Shown piece by piece: positions 1-9,864 of a DNA stretch of 64,000 nucleotides. Every line of letters starts with the position of its first letter. Positions within the stretch are counted from its first letter, which is position 1. The notes under the pieces were generated by a model. That model did not search any database, was not told where the DNA came from, and saw only the letters and a program-made list of their open reading frames with translations. The stretch lies in IMG/VR virus record IMGVR_UViG_3300017917_002795, positions 76,595 through 140,594 of that record; one strand, given 5' to 3'. A program made the position numbers and the translations under genes. This DNA is from a virus.

Positions 1-990
1 GTTAATATAGTTAACAATTTGCTCAATACAATAGGATTGCAAACTCAATCTAATCTAATAGGAAGTGAAGGTTTAACTGGAAAACCAGTAGGTAATTCAC
101 TTTCATACATTGTTAAACTGAGTAAAGCATACGGAACTGAAGCTGAATCGGGTGGTACCATTAAATGGTATTCTGCATCATTTGATGTGGTGAATATGAA
201 ACAAACATATAGTATCCGCGAAGCAGTTTCAGCATCATTAGGCATCACTTTAAGTGATACTAGTTCAATTGAAATACGCAGAGTGTTGCACTATATGCCG
301 CCTGCCATTGTTAGATATTTTGATCCATTTGTTGGAACGGGATTAGGTTCTCAAGCATTATTAGATGCATTTGATTTCGGAGGATTTTCTCCTTCTGTAA
401 ACTTCATGATGATGCCAATACATGCAGATTTACTTCGTTTGCAAGCCATTGAGTTCAATGATCAGATACGTAAATCACATTTTTCTTTTGATATTCATGG
501 AGATGATATACGGATTTATCCGGTACCAGGAACACAAGGAACTGCATCTACGCCATATTTTGGGAAGGTTTGGTTTGAATTCTTGTTTGAAGAACAAAAA
601 AATAAGGATGCACTCTTATTTGGCAATACAGCACTTGTAAACGGTGTTGTCAGTGACGCATCTAATATACCATATACGTTCCAAACATACGGGAACATTA
701 ATGATATGGGGCGTGCGTGGATACTGAGATATGGTTCGGCACTTGCCAAAGAAATGTTAGGTTTCGTCCGCAATAAGTATTCTTCTGTGCCAATACCGAA
801 TGGCGAAGTAACGCTTAATGGTGCAGAATTAGTATCACAAGCACAGAGTGAAAAAACAGAATTAATTTCTCAACTGAGAGAATTTTTAGAAAAATTGACA
901 AAAGAACAAATGTTGACGCGTCAAACGGCTGAAGCAAATCAAATGAATGAGTTGCTAGCAAAAGCGCCGTTGCGCATATATGTTGGATAA
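1..990 (+). CDS. Neck/head-tail adaptor protein (T4 gp13-like), 5' end outside the window
   Basis: Frame is open from base 1. C-terminal WILRYGSALAKEMLGFVRNKYSSVPIPNGEVTLNG resembles the gp13-type W..Y..AL.K..G..R.KY...P.G.VTLNG motif. Lies upstream of gp14/gp15-like genes. Confidence 0.75.
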   Translation, partial: VNIVNNLLNTIGLQTQSNLIGSEGLTGKPVGNSLSYIVKLSKAYGTEAESGGTIKWYSASFDVVNMKQTYSIREAVSASLGITLSDTSSIEIRRVLHYMPPAIVRYFDPFVGTGLGSQALLDAFDFGGFSPSVNFMMMPIHADLLRLQAIEFNDQIRKSHFSFDIHGDDIRIYPVPGTQGTASTPYFGKVWFEFLFEEQKNKDALLFGNTALVNGVVSDASNIPYTFQTYGNINDMGRAWILRYGSALAKEMLGFVRNKYSSVPIPNGEVTLNGAELVSQAQSEKTELISQLREFLEKLTKEQMLTRQTAEANQMNELLAKAPLRIYVG

Positions 991-1001
991 GGAGTTAGAC
1001 G

Positions 1002-1520
1002 ATGGCACTTTTTGGAGGAAAACGGGATGCACGTTTCTTGGCTTCTATCAATGCGGAGTTGATCAATGCTATCGTAGATACAGAAATTGAATACTTCAAA
1101 CTGCAAGTAGAACAAAGCAATTCTAATCTATATGGAGAATCTGAACGAAAAGCATATTTTGATTCAATATTGATTCCATGTTTGATTACAAAAGATGAAA
1201 AAGCTTCTGCAATGGATGATTATGGTCATACATATACACGTACTGCCAAGTTTGCATTGTCTCGAGATTTATTAGAACGAGCTGGTTTATATCCGGAAGT
1301 TGGTGATATTGTGTTATGGGATAATGAATATTTTGAAATCGATAATGTTGATGCAAATCAATATTTTGTAGGTAAGAATCCAGAAACATGGCCAAACGGA
1401 GACGATCATGGATACAGTGTTTCGGTGGTATGTGATGCCCATGCAACTCGTCAAACACCATTAGGTATACGAGATATTCGGCGAGGTGGTAACAATGATT
1501 TTGGATATAAAGGATTTTAA
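1002..1520 (+). CDS. Neck/head-closure protein (gp14-like)
   Basis: NLYGES and YPEVGDIVLW..YFEI motifs; AAGGAG RBS; sits between gp13-like and gp15-like genes. Confidence 0.6.
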   Translation: MALFGGKRDARFLASINAELINAIVDTEIEYFKLQVEQSNSNLYGESERKAYFDSILIPCLITKDEKASAMDDYGHTYTRTAKFALSRDLLERAGLYPEVGDIVLWDNEYFEIDNVDANQYFVGKNPETWPNGDDHGYSVSVVCDAHATRQTPLGIRDIRRGGNNDFGYKGF

Positions 1521-2743
1521 TGGCCAAGAATAGACAAAACATAGATCGTAAAACTAACAAACCTAATCCGCGTCGCACAGAAGGTCTTACACCAGATCCA
1601 ATTTTAAATCGTGCTGAGCAGATACGCAGAGATGATGATGTTATTCGCACTGAAAAGCGTACGGTTTATGATATTGACTTTGCTATCAAATGGTACATTG
1701 ACAATGAAATTCAGCCACAAATTATGGCAGATCAAACCCTAATTCCAGTACCAGTAATATTTGCCAACGGAGAAAAATGGGACAATGTCCGCAGATTAGG
1801 TTATCTTCGTGATGAAAAGGGTAAGCTTCAATCTCCACTCATCATGCTGAAACGAAATTCAGTGCAAGAACGAGATAACAACAAACATCTGGATGTTAAC
1901 CGACAGTTTCCAGGAAACCAATTTGTTCACAAACAATCATATAATAAACGAAACCGATACGAAGATCAACTTTTTCCAATACCAAATCCACAACGCGCTG
2001 AATCAAAAGAAATCTATGTAATTGATATTCCAAAATATGTAACTGTTGAATATGAAATGTTGATGTGGTGTGATTTTACCACACAACTAAATGATTTAAT
2101 TGATCAACTACTTCCATATAATCGTTATGGATGGGGCAATGAGTCAAACAAGTTTCATGTGTCATATGGTGCTACTAGTTTTGAAACAGTTAATACGGTT
2201 GGGGAAGATCGCTTAGTTCGTGCTACTTTGCCGATGACTGTGTTAGGCACATTGTTATCAGCTCAAGAAACTCGAGTGGAAACATTGAGAAAGATGTATT
2301 CAATTAAAAAAGTTTCATTTGATGTTATAGTAGATGTTGGCGACTTAAATATATTTTCGACAACTACAGTGCCACAAAACATTTTGCAATACCAGACCAA
2401 TGTATTATCTGGTGCTAATATTGTTGTTAGCGGAGGCGGCGGAGCACAAACAATTAATGCTACTGCAATGACATATTTGACCAATGTAACGGAACGACAA
2501 TCTGCATATGTAAATTCAACTACCATAACAATTGCTGCACTTGCTGCCGTGAATCCTGTATTATATACAACCGCAACTAAAGATGAATTTGATTTATATA
2601 TTAATGGTCAATACATTGATAAAGCGGCATATACATGGACACCTAGTGATATTTTATCGCAAACGATTGTGTTTGATACTGCTATATTGAATTATAGTAT
2701 AGATCCATCTGATGTGATAATTGTTAAAGGGAGATGGGCATAA
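1520..2743 (+). CDS. Tail terminator/sheath stabiliser (gp15-like) with a C-terminal beta-domain extension
   Basis: VPVIFANGEKW, PLIMLKR and PKYVTVEYEM...QLNDLIDQLL motifs; extra C-terminal FDLYINGQ domain. Confidence 0.65.
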   Translation: MAKNRQNIDRKTNKPNPRRTEGLTPDPILNRAEQIRRDDDVIRTEKRTVYDIDFAIKWYIDNEIQPQIMADQTLIPVPVIFANGEKWDNVRRLGYLRDEKGKLQSPLIMLKRNSVQERDNNKHLDVNRQFPGNQFVHKQSYNKRNRYEDQLFPIPNPQRAESKEIYVIDIPKYVTVEYEMLMWCDFTTQLNDLIDQLLPYNRYGWGNESNKFHVSYGATSFETVNTVGEDRLVRATLPMTVLGTLLSAQETRVETLRKMYSIKKVSFDVIVDVGDLNIFSTTTVPQNILQYQTNVLSGANIVVSGGGGAQTINATAMTYLTNVTERQSAYVNSTTITIAALAAVNPVLYTTATKDEFDLYINGQYIDKAAYTWTPSDILSQTIVFDTAILNYSIDPSDVIIVKGRWA

Positions 2744-3351
2744 TGAGGCAATTCAAACCGGGTCAGTTACAATCAGGATCTTTATATCCAATTTCAGCCA
2801 GTTTTGCATTAACTGCTTCATATGCTACAAATGCTGGCATTGACACCGGATCACTTGTTTCTACAGCATCATTTAATTCATTTACTGCATCATATACAAC
2901 CGGATCATTTACAGGATCATTCATCGGAGATGGAAGTGGTTTAACCGGCGTTATACCTCCTTTAAGTTCTAGTTATATATTTGTTGGTAACGCATCTAAT
3001 GTTGCAACCGGCGTTTCAATGTCTGGAGATGTTGCAATTGATCAGAATGGTGTTACTACAATTCAACCGCATGTAGTTTCTTATGATAAGATTCAATATG
3101 TTTCTCAATCTGCTATATTAGGTTCGTTAAGTGGATCTGGATCGCCAGTATCTGAAATTCCAATTATTGATGCATACTTAACCTCTAGCATTCCGGCTTC
3201 ATTGCTCAATGACACAAACAATTGGGATATTAATGGAAACTACATAGGAACTGCAATATCGGGCACATATCAAGGACAATCACATTACAATGCAAACTAT
3301 TGGTTTACAGCAGTCAATGACAATACGTGGATAAGATTAATTAGAGGATAA
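2743..3351 (+). CDS. Virion structural/fibre-associated protein (TGS-rich)
   Basis: ATG overlaps the upstream TAA (TAATG). TGSFTGSFIGDGSGLT motif is shared with other fibre genes in this window. Confidence 0.5.
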   Translation: MRQFKPGQLQSGSLYPISASFALTASYATNAGIDTGSLVSTASFNSFTASYTTGSFTGSFIGDGSGLTGVIPPLSSSYIFVGNASNVATGVSMSGDVAIDQNGVTTIQPHVVSYDKIQYVSQSAILGSLSGSGSPVSEIPIIDAYLTSSIPASLLNDTNNWDINGNYIGTAISGTYQGQSHYNANYWFTAVNDNTWIRLIRG

Positions 3352-3357
3352 CACAGA

Positions 3358-3840
3358 ATGAGCATTATTTTATACAAAGATCGTTTCATATCTAATAGCA
3401 CGCCAGTCGATGTGTTATTAGAAGGTGGTGCGTTCCGTGTATTTGAAGGCGATATTTCTGAGTTAAACAATTTACCGCAAGACCGGCGAAAACCAGGTAT
3501 GATTTGTGGTATATTGAATGGCCAGTCTTACTACATATTGAATCAGGGTCCATGGTCATACACAGATTCGGATTGGGAAGAAATTGTTGTTGTTCGAAAA
3601 TCACAAGAAATATATTTTGTTGATAAAGAAACACCAACCGGCACGGTAGATGATATGAACATGATATTTGAATTACAACATCAACCAGTTGCAGATTCAG
3701 AACATGTTTATATTAATGGTATACTTCAAACGCCAGGAGATACTGCAGATTATGTTATCGCAACCAATCAAATCATATTTGCTGAACCACCATTTCCTGG
3801 TGCTAATATACGGTGTACATACCGATATGTAAATGTTTAA
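3358..3840 (+). CDS. Structural protein with a C-terminal 'YxNG' beta domain
   Basis: ETPTGTVD...SEHVYINGILQ...DY...IIF..PP domain resembles the C-terminus of 4239..6770. Confidence 0.5.
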   Translation: MSIILYKDRFISNSTPVDVLLEGGAFRVFEGDISELNNLPQDRRKPGMICGILNGQSYYILNQGPWSYTDSDWEEIVVVRKSQEIYFVDKETPTGTVDDMNMIFELQHQPVADSEHVYINGILQTPGDTADYVIATNQIIFAEPPFPGANIRCTYRYVNV

Positions 3841-3933
3841 AAATTTTTCGCCAATATTGTATAGTTTTTTGTAGTTTTATAAAACATGCATATATTTATA
3901 TTTGAATTCAAAAAAAATAGAATTCTTATTTAT

Positions 3934-4155
3934 ATGAACTATTTAACTTCAGATTTATATTTAACGGCCTACCTTAAGATCAAGGGACATAAATTCATTG
4001 TAGAAAAATCTGCAAAGAAATCTACATTTGTTTTCCAATCTAGTCCCGAACTATTATCCCATGTAGATGAATATTTAACGGAAACGGGTTCGTGCGAACC
4101 TTTGGCTTTCACAAATGCCATAAAGAACCTTAAAAATCTTTTATTCAACAAGTAA
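3934..4155 (+). CDS. Small protein, DUF5659-like
   Basis: TSDLYLTAYL..KGH...FVF pattern. ATG 3934 preferred because it lies downstream of the ATATTTAT motif at 3892. Confidence 0.5.
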   Translation: MNYLTSDLYLTAYLKIKGHKFIVEKSAKKSTFVFQSSPELLSHVDEYLTETGSCEPLAFTNAIKNLKNLLFNK

Positions 4156-4238
4156 TCCGGTTGGATTGCTACATTTTGAATGGGATCATACTGGTTCATT
4201 GAACTTAATTAATTTTTAAAAAAAAGGAACAAAACAAA

Positions 4239-6770
4239 ATGTCTACAACTAAAATCGTCTTAAATAGACAATCTGATTTAATTTTAGATAACGCGCAAAT
4301 CACTGCTCCGGTTGGTATCGTTGTTGCGGATATCGATGGTTTAGAATCAGCAATTGCTTCTATCGATTCTAACGTGTCAACTGAAGTTTCTCGCGAGATC
4401 TCTTCTAGAGTATCTGGTGATGCATCTGTTGCTGCAAATTTATCTACAGAAGTTGAAAACCGTGAAGCTGCAGTATCTGCTGAAGAATCTCGTGCAATGG
4501 TAGCTGAGCAATCATTACAAAACAATATCGATGCTGAAGCATCTGTACGTATTGTTGGTGATGAAAGTTTAGAAGCTGCAATGTCAACTGCTGATGCTTC
4601 ATTGGATGCTAAAGTATCTTCTGAAACTGCTCGTGCAGAATCAGCTGAATCTTCATTAGAAGGTAGAATTGATTACATCGTATCAAACGTTGATCCTGCT
4701 GCTTTAGATTCATTAACTGAAATCGTTGGTGCTTTCCAAAGTGCAGATGGTGACCTTAACGGTGCTATCACTTCATTGGCTACTGCTGCTGGTGCTTCTT
4801 TAAGCTCTGAAGTATCTCGTGCTACATCAGCTGAAGCTTCTTTGGCTTCTGATCTATCTGTTGAAATCGCTGATAGAGAAGCTGCTATCTCATTAGAAGA
4901 AGCTGCTCGTATCTCAGGCGATGCTTCTGTTGTTGCTGACTTGTCTGTTGAAACTGCAAACCGTGAGGCTGCTGTATCGGCTGAGGCTTCTGCACGAGTA
5001 TCTGGTGATGCAAGTTTAGAGTCTAAAATTACTGCTGATTTATCTACTGCAAATGCTTCTATCGAAGGTGCATTGAGTACTGAAATTTCAGCTCGTATCT
5101 CTGATGTAGATGCTGAAGAATCTGCTCGTATTTCTGGTGATGCTTCTTTAAGTGCTGCACTTTCTGTTGAAGTATCGGCAAGAATCGCTGACGTTGATGC
5201 TGAAGAGTCTGCTCGTATCGCTGCTGTAAGTGTTGAAGAATCTGCTAGAGTATCTGGTGATGCTTCTTTGGCTGCTGGTTTGTCTTCTGAAGTATCTGCA
5301 AGAATCGCAGATGTAGACGCTGAAGAATCAAGAGCAATGAGTGTTGAAGGCGTATTGAGCGCTGATTTATCATCTGAAGTATCTGCAAGAATTGCTGATG
5401 TTGACGCTGAACAATCAAGAGCTGAATCTGCTGAAGCATCATTGGCTTCTGGACTTTCTGTTGAAGTATCTGCAAGAATTGCTGATGTTGATGCTGAACA
5501 ATCAAGAGCTGAATCTGCTGAAGCTTCTTTAAACGTTGCTTTGTCTTCTGAAGTTTCTGCAAGAATCGCTGACGTTGACGCTGAAGAGTCTGCAAGAATA
5601 TCTGCAATTGACAACGAAGCTTCTATCCGTTTGGCTGCTGACCAATCATTGGCAACGGCTGTATCTGCTGAAGCATCACGTATCGATGTTATCCTTGATG
5701 GTTCAGATGTTGATCTTGATCAATTTGCTGAAATCGTTGAGTTCGTTAACGGAATTGACCTTGAAAACGATAACGCATTGTTAAGTGCTGTAACTTCAAT
5801 TGGTTTAGATATCGATGCTGAAGAATCTCGCGCGGTATCTGCTGAAGCTTCTTTGAACTCTGCATTATCTGTTGAAATCTCAGCTCGTATCTCTGATGTA
5901 GATGCTGAACAATCACGTGCAGAATCAGCTGAAGCATCTTTGGCTTCTGGTCTTTCTGTTGAAATCTCAGCTCGTATCTCTGACGTTGACGCTGAAGAAT
6001 CTCGTGCAATGAGTGTTGAAGCTGTATTAAGTGGTGATTTATCTTCTGAAGTTTCAGCTCGTATTGCTGATGTTGACGCTGAAGAATCTCGTGCGGTATC
6101 TGCTGAAGCGTCTTTAAACGTTGCTTTATCTTCTGAAATTTCAAGAGCTGAATCTGCTGAAGCGTCTTTAGCTACTGAATTATCTTACGAAGTATCTTAC
6201 TTAATTGCAAACACAGACTTAACTTCAATTGACTCATTTGCTGAAGTATCAACTGAATTGTCAAATGAAATCTCTACAAGAGAATCTGCTGACAACTCAC
6301 TTGAAGCTTATGTTTCAACTGAAATCGATGGTTTGGCTGCAGCTGATGAAGCAACTATTGAACTTGATACTGTTGGAAACGTAATTCGTTTGAAAGAAAC
6401 AATTGCAGCACCTGCAAGTGGTTTAAGAACATTCGAAGGTGATGTTGAAGTATCTGGTGACTTGACAGTTGGTGGTGTTAACGTAATTGCTGAAATTAGC
6501 TCAGAAGTTTCTCGTGCAGAATCTGCTGAATTGAGCTTGGCTGATGACTTTGCAAACATCTACTTCAAGAAAGTTGCTGTATCTGGAACAATTAATGGTT
6601 CAAACGATGTATTTACTCTAGCAAGTGCTGTAAGAAATGGCTCAGAAGCTATTTACTTGAACGGTCTATTGTTGAGTGCATCTGATGACTATGCAGTTTC
6701 TGGTACATCGTTAACATTTGTTGCCGCTCCTGAAGCTGGTGATAAAGTTGTTGTTTACGGTATGTATTAA
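4239..6770 (+). CDS. Long acidic Ser/Ala/Glu-rich coiled-coil fibre protein
   Basis: Repeats of about 29 aa (SARIADVDAEQSRAESAEASLASGLSVEV); three LDSLTEI-like fibre motifs; C-terminal YLNG domain; AAGGA RBS. Confidence 0.7.
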   Translation: MSTTKIVLNRQSDLILDNAQITAPVGIVVADIDGLESAIASIDSNVSTEVSREISSRVSGDASVAANLSTEVENREAAVSAEESRAMVAEQSLQNNIDAEASVRIVGDESLEAAMSTADASLDAKVSSETARAESAESSLEGRIDYIVSNVDPAALDSLTEIVGAFQSADGDLNGAITSLATAAGASLSSEVSRATSAEASLASDLSVEIADREAAISLEEAARISGDASVVADLSVETANREAAVSAEASARVSGDASLESKITADLSTANASIEGALSTEISARISDVDAEESARISGDASLSAALSVEVSARIADVDAEESARIAAVSVEESARVSGDASLAAGLSSEVSARIADVDAEESRAMSVEGVLSADLSSEVSARIADVDAEQSRAESAEASLASGLSVEVSARIADVDAEQSRAESAEASLNVALSSEVSARIADVDAEESARISAIDNEASIRLAADQSLATAVSAEASRIDVILDGSDVDLDQFAEIVEFVNGIDLENDNALLSAVTSIGLDIDAEESRAVSAEASLNSALSVEISARISDVDAEQSRAESAEASLASGLSVEISARISDVDAEESRAMSVEAVLSGDLSSEVSARIADVDAEESRAVSAEASLNVALSSEISRAESAEASLATELSYEVSYLIANTDLTSIDSFAEVSTELSNEISTRESADNSLEAYVSTEIDGLAAADEATIELDTVGNVIRLKETIAAPASGLRTFEGDVEVSGDLTVGGVNVIAEISSEVSRAESAELSLADDFANIYFKKVAVSGTINGSNDVFTLASAVRNGSEAIYLNGLLLSASDDYAVSGTSLTFVAAPEAGDKVVVYGMY
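4810..6180 (+). repeat. Coding tandem repeats, about 87 bp (29 aa) period, with 33 and 54 bp subunits
   Basis: Recurrent GAAGTATCTGCAAGAAT.GCTGA.GTTGA.GCTGAA blocks; boundaries approximate. Confidence 0.85.
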
Positions 6771-6782
6771 TAGTTTAAATTT

Positions 6783-6810
6783 ATGGGGAGGATGAAATAC
6801 TCCTCCCTAT
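6783..6810 (+). terminator. Stem-loop after the fibre gene
   Basis: ATGGGGAGGA-tgaaatac-TCCTCCCTAT; weak U-tract that overlaps the ATATTTAT motif at 6809. Confidence 0.55.
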
Positions 6811-6858
6811 ATTTATACAAAACAAAATAAATAAACTAAAAAAAAATAAAAAAAAACT

Positions 6859-8607
6859 ATGGCAACTTTTATAACATCCAAAGGGGTTGGGGAAACAATA
6901 TCAATCACTGTTGTAACCTCTACCGGATATTGGAAATATAACCATAACGGGACAGATTCAAGTGCTTTCGTAAATGGTGAAGACGGAGTGATAACTATAT
7001 CAAACGCAAATGGTGAATTTACACTTATTTCATGTGATAGTGAAGGTAATGTAAGTGGGGATATTATTTATTTGGAATCACAAAATAACCAAATAACTTC
7101 ATTTAATGGAACAGGTTTAACATCATTAACTGAGTTGTATTTAGGTGGTAACCAATTAACATCATTTGATGGTACTGGTTTATCAGATTTAAACGTTTTG
7201 TATTTAACCAATAACCAATTAACTGGATTTACGGGAACAGGTTTATCTTCTTTAACTCAGTTGTATTTATACAATAACCAATTAACCGGATTTACGGGAA
7301 CAGGTTTAACATCATTAACTGAGTTGTATTTAGAAAATAACCAATTAACATCATTTGATGGAACAGGTTTATCTTCTTTAACTACATTGGGTTTATATAA
7401 TAACCAATTAACTTCATTTGACGGAACGGGTTTATCTTCTTTAACTACATTGGGTTTATATAATAACCAATTAACTTCATTTGACGGAACGGGTTTATCT
7501 GGATTAATTAATTTAAATATAGAAAATAACCAATTAACTGGATTTACAGGAACTGGTTTATCTTCTTTAACTGAGTTGTATTTAGGTAATAACCCACTCA
7601 CATCATTCAATGGTGGAGATATGGGTCAAATCACAAGTTTAAATTTTCAAGGTAACTTGGGTATTTCAACACTAGAATCATTTGATGGTGGTAATATGAC
7701 TGGTTTAACTGAATTGTATTTACACAATAACCAATTAACTTCATTTGATGGAACTGGTTTATCTTCTTTAACTCAGTTGGATTTAAACACCAACCAATTA
7801 ACTTCATTTGACGGAACAGGTTTATCTGGTTTAACTTCATTGGCTTTATATGGCAACCCACTCACATCATTCAATGGTGGTGACATGGGTCAAATCACCG
7901 AGTTAAATTTTCCTGATAGTTGGAATATTACAACGCTACAATCATTTGATGGTGGTAATATGACTGGGTTAACTTCGTTATATTTATATAACAACCAATT
8001 AACTTCATTTGATGGAACTGGTTTATCTGGATTAACTTCGTTATCTTTATATAACAACCAATTAACTTCATTTGATGGATTTATTTTTCCTGAAAGTTTA
8101 ACTTATTTAGAATTAAACAACAACCAATTAACTTCATTTGACGGAACTGGTTTATCTGGATTAACTTCGTTATCTTTAAACAGTAACCAATTAACTTCAT
8201 TAGATGGATTTATTTTTCCTGAAAGTTTAACTTATTTAGAATTAAACAACAACCAATTAACTTCATTTGACGGAACTGGTTTATCTTCGTTAAATGGATT
8301 GTATTTAGCTAACAACCAATTAACATCAATTAATATTGCTGGTTGTGATATTCTTCGATATCTATACGTTAATGATAATCCATTAACACCCGTTATCAAC
8401 AATTCACTTCTAGCAAAACTTGCAGCAAATGAATTAGTAAATGATTGGAATTCTGGTGAATTCATCACAACAGGAGGAAGAACATCTGCTGGTACAACTG
8501 ATTATGATTATTTGATCGCAAATGGTTGGTCAATTGGAGGTGCTGATTTAGTTCCCGTTGTAACAGGTAAACTACGTGTTAAAGGTGTTGGACAGATTAA
8601 TCCATAA
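6859..8607 (+). CDS. Leucine-rich-repeat protein (about 20 repeats, mostly 21 aa)
   Basis: Repeats of NQLTSFDGTGLSSLTxLxLxx match the LxxLxLxxNxL consensus. Confidence 0.9.
   Translation: MATFITSKGVGETISITVVTSTGYWKYNHNGTDSSAFVNGEDGVITISNANGEFTLISCDSEGNVSGDIIYLESQNNQITSFNGTGLTSLTELYLGGNQLTSFDGTGLSDLNVLYLTNNQLTGFTGTGLSSLTQLYLYNNQLTGFTGTGLTSLTELYLENNQLTSFDGTGLSSLTTLGLYNNQLTSFDGTGLSSLTTLGLYNNQLTSFDGTGLSGLINLNIENNQLTGFTGTGLSSLTELYLGNNPLTSFNGGDMGQITSLNFQGNLGISTLESFDGGNMTGLTELYLHNNQLTSFDGTGLSSLTQLDLNTNQLTSFDGTGLSGLTSLALYGNPLTSFNGGDMGQITELNFPDSWNITTLQSFDGGNMTGLTSLYLYNNQLTSFDGTGLSGLTSLSLYNNQLTSFDGFIFPESLTYLELNNNQLTSFDGTGLSGLTSLSLNSNQLTSLDGFIFPESLTYLELNNNQLTSFDGTGLSSLNGLYLANNQLTSINIAGCDILRYLYVNDNPLTPVINNSLLAKLAANELVNDWNSGEFITTGGRTSAGTTDYDYLIANGWSIGGADLVPVVTGKLRVKGVGQINP
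7085..8385 (+). repeat. 63-bp coding LRR repeat array
   Basis: AACCAATTAAC.TCATTTGA.GGAAC.GGTTTATC recurs; exact 63-bp period around 7366-7500. Confidence 0.9.
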
Positions 8608-8630
8608 CATTTACATTTAACCAAACACAA

Positions 8631-8660
8631 AGAAAGGGACTTCAAAAGAGTCCCTTTTTT
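8631..8660. terminator. Probable bidirectional intrinsic terminator between convergent genes
   Basis: AAAGGGACT-tcaaaag-AGTCCCTTT followed by T-run; A-rich on the other side. Confidence 0.8.
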
Positions 8661-8679
8661 ACATTCCTATAGGTAACAT

Positions 8680-9864
8680 TTACATATATAGGTTCGTCAT
8701 TGGATCATATACCAATCCTTTATTTCCACCATTAAATAAACCTTCAATTAAACGGTCATATGTTTCAACCACTTCTTCATTATCAATATGGTAACGTTGT
8801 AAAACTTTATCGTTTCTCTCATTGTATTCATCTATATTTTTATCGTGTTCTGTTAAAATATAGTTTAATGTTTTAGAAGCCTCAACCGTATCTGAACCCT
8901 CATAATAATATCCCAAATCTTTACACATTAGAGCATTATGTAATACTGGATACCCTAAATAAGCAGCATCCAAATACAGATAATTTAATGGATTTAATAG
9001 TTGATGACAAATCAACACATCCAAATGTTGAGTTAACATATAAGCTGTTTGATAACGCGACTCAGAACTTATCTTACCTTCTCTAAACAAATCAAATGTT
9101 TGAATTATGGACATAAATTCTCGATGTTTTGAAACTACCGTTCCATTTGTAATACGAAGTTTATCAATGTGTTTTCGGCCTGTAATAGTGCGATACGATT
9201 CCTCAGCAATCATGGCTGGAATCAAACAAAACTTAACAATGTTTAGGTTTGGCTCCATAATACCTAAAATTTTCTTTTCTTTGGTGTTATCGTATTGCCA
9301 ATCTTTTTTATATTTTTCGGCCTTGAATCCTTTATGTATTTCTCTAACCGCCTCAAACAGAAATTTTTCTGACCATATAAAAGGAACAGATAGAGCATTT
9401 GTGCGATACAATGTCTTATATAATCCAGAATTTACCTCATCTTGTTGTGGAACATACCATATTTCATCATATTGACGTTCATATTGAAACTTCTTATCCT
9501 CACTTGGACGAAACAAAATATTTTCCATATGGATCACATAGTTGTTTCCACATTTGTAAGATACGACTTTTTTATTATCTCCAGAACGTTTAAATGTTTC
9601 AAGTTGATAGTCGTGTATTTGAGCACCCATCACAATTAATAGGTCCATTTCCAAGAACTTATCGTTAAAGTAATGAATGTCTATTCCATCAAGGTATGAA
9701 GGACGTTCTGTAAAATCTACATTCATTGAGTTTAAAATGCAGACGTCATAGCCTTTCTTTGAATTTTTCAACAGGTGTACAAGCATCAAAACATTTTGTT
9801 TGATACCGTTTGTCCAAATGGATTCTTTGTTGTCTTTTAAGCCGAGTGTAATTCCTATTTTCAT
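8680..9864 (-). CDS. DUF2827-like putative glycosyltransferase
   Basis: MKIGIT...SIWTNGIKQNV, EPNLNIVKFCLIP and HQLLNPLNYLYLDAAYLGYPVLHN...GYYYEG match my recollection of DUF2827 family motifs. Confidence 0.7.
   Translation of the reverse strand: MKIGITLGLKDNKESIWTNGIKQNVLMLVHLLKNSKKGYDVCILNSMNVDFTERPSYLDGIDIHYFNDKFLEMDLLIVMGAQIHDYQLETFKRSGDNKKVVSYKCGNNYVIHMENILFRPSEDKKFQYERQYDEIWYVPQQDEVNSGLYKTLYRTNALSVPFIWSEKFLFEAVREIHKGFKAEKYKKDWQYDNTKEKKILGIMEPNLNIVKFCLIPAMIAEESYRTITGRKHIDKLRITNGTVVSKHREFMSIIQTFDLFREGKISSESRYQTAYMLTQHLDVLICHQLLNPLNYLYLDAAYLGYPVLHNALMCKDLGYYYEGSDTVEASKTLNYILTEHDKNIDEYNERNDKVLQRYHIDNEEVVETYDRLIEGLFNGGNKGLVYDPMTNLYM

Noticed and set aside
4205-6559. Long - strand ORFs (e.g. 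4673..5614, 313 aa) opposite the 843-aa gene
   Set aside because: Antisense shadows of a repetitive GCT/GAA/TCT-biased gene; no RBS or promoter motif.
7085-8385. Regular 63-bp repeats resembling a CRISPR array
   Set aside because: They are in-frame coding LRR units with synonymous variation; no unique spacers and no cas genes.
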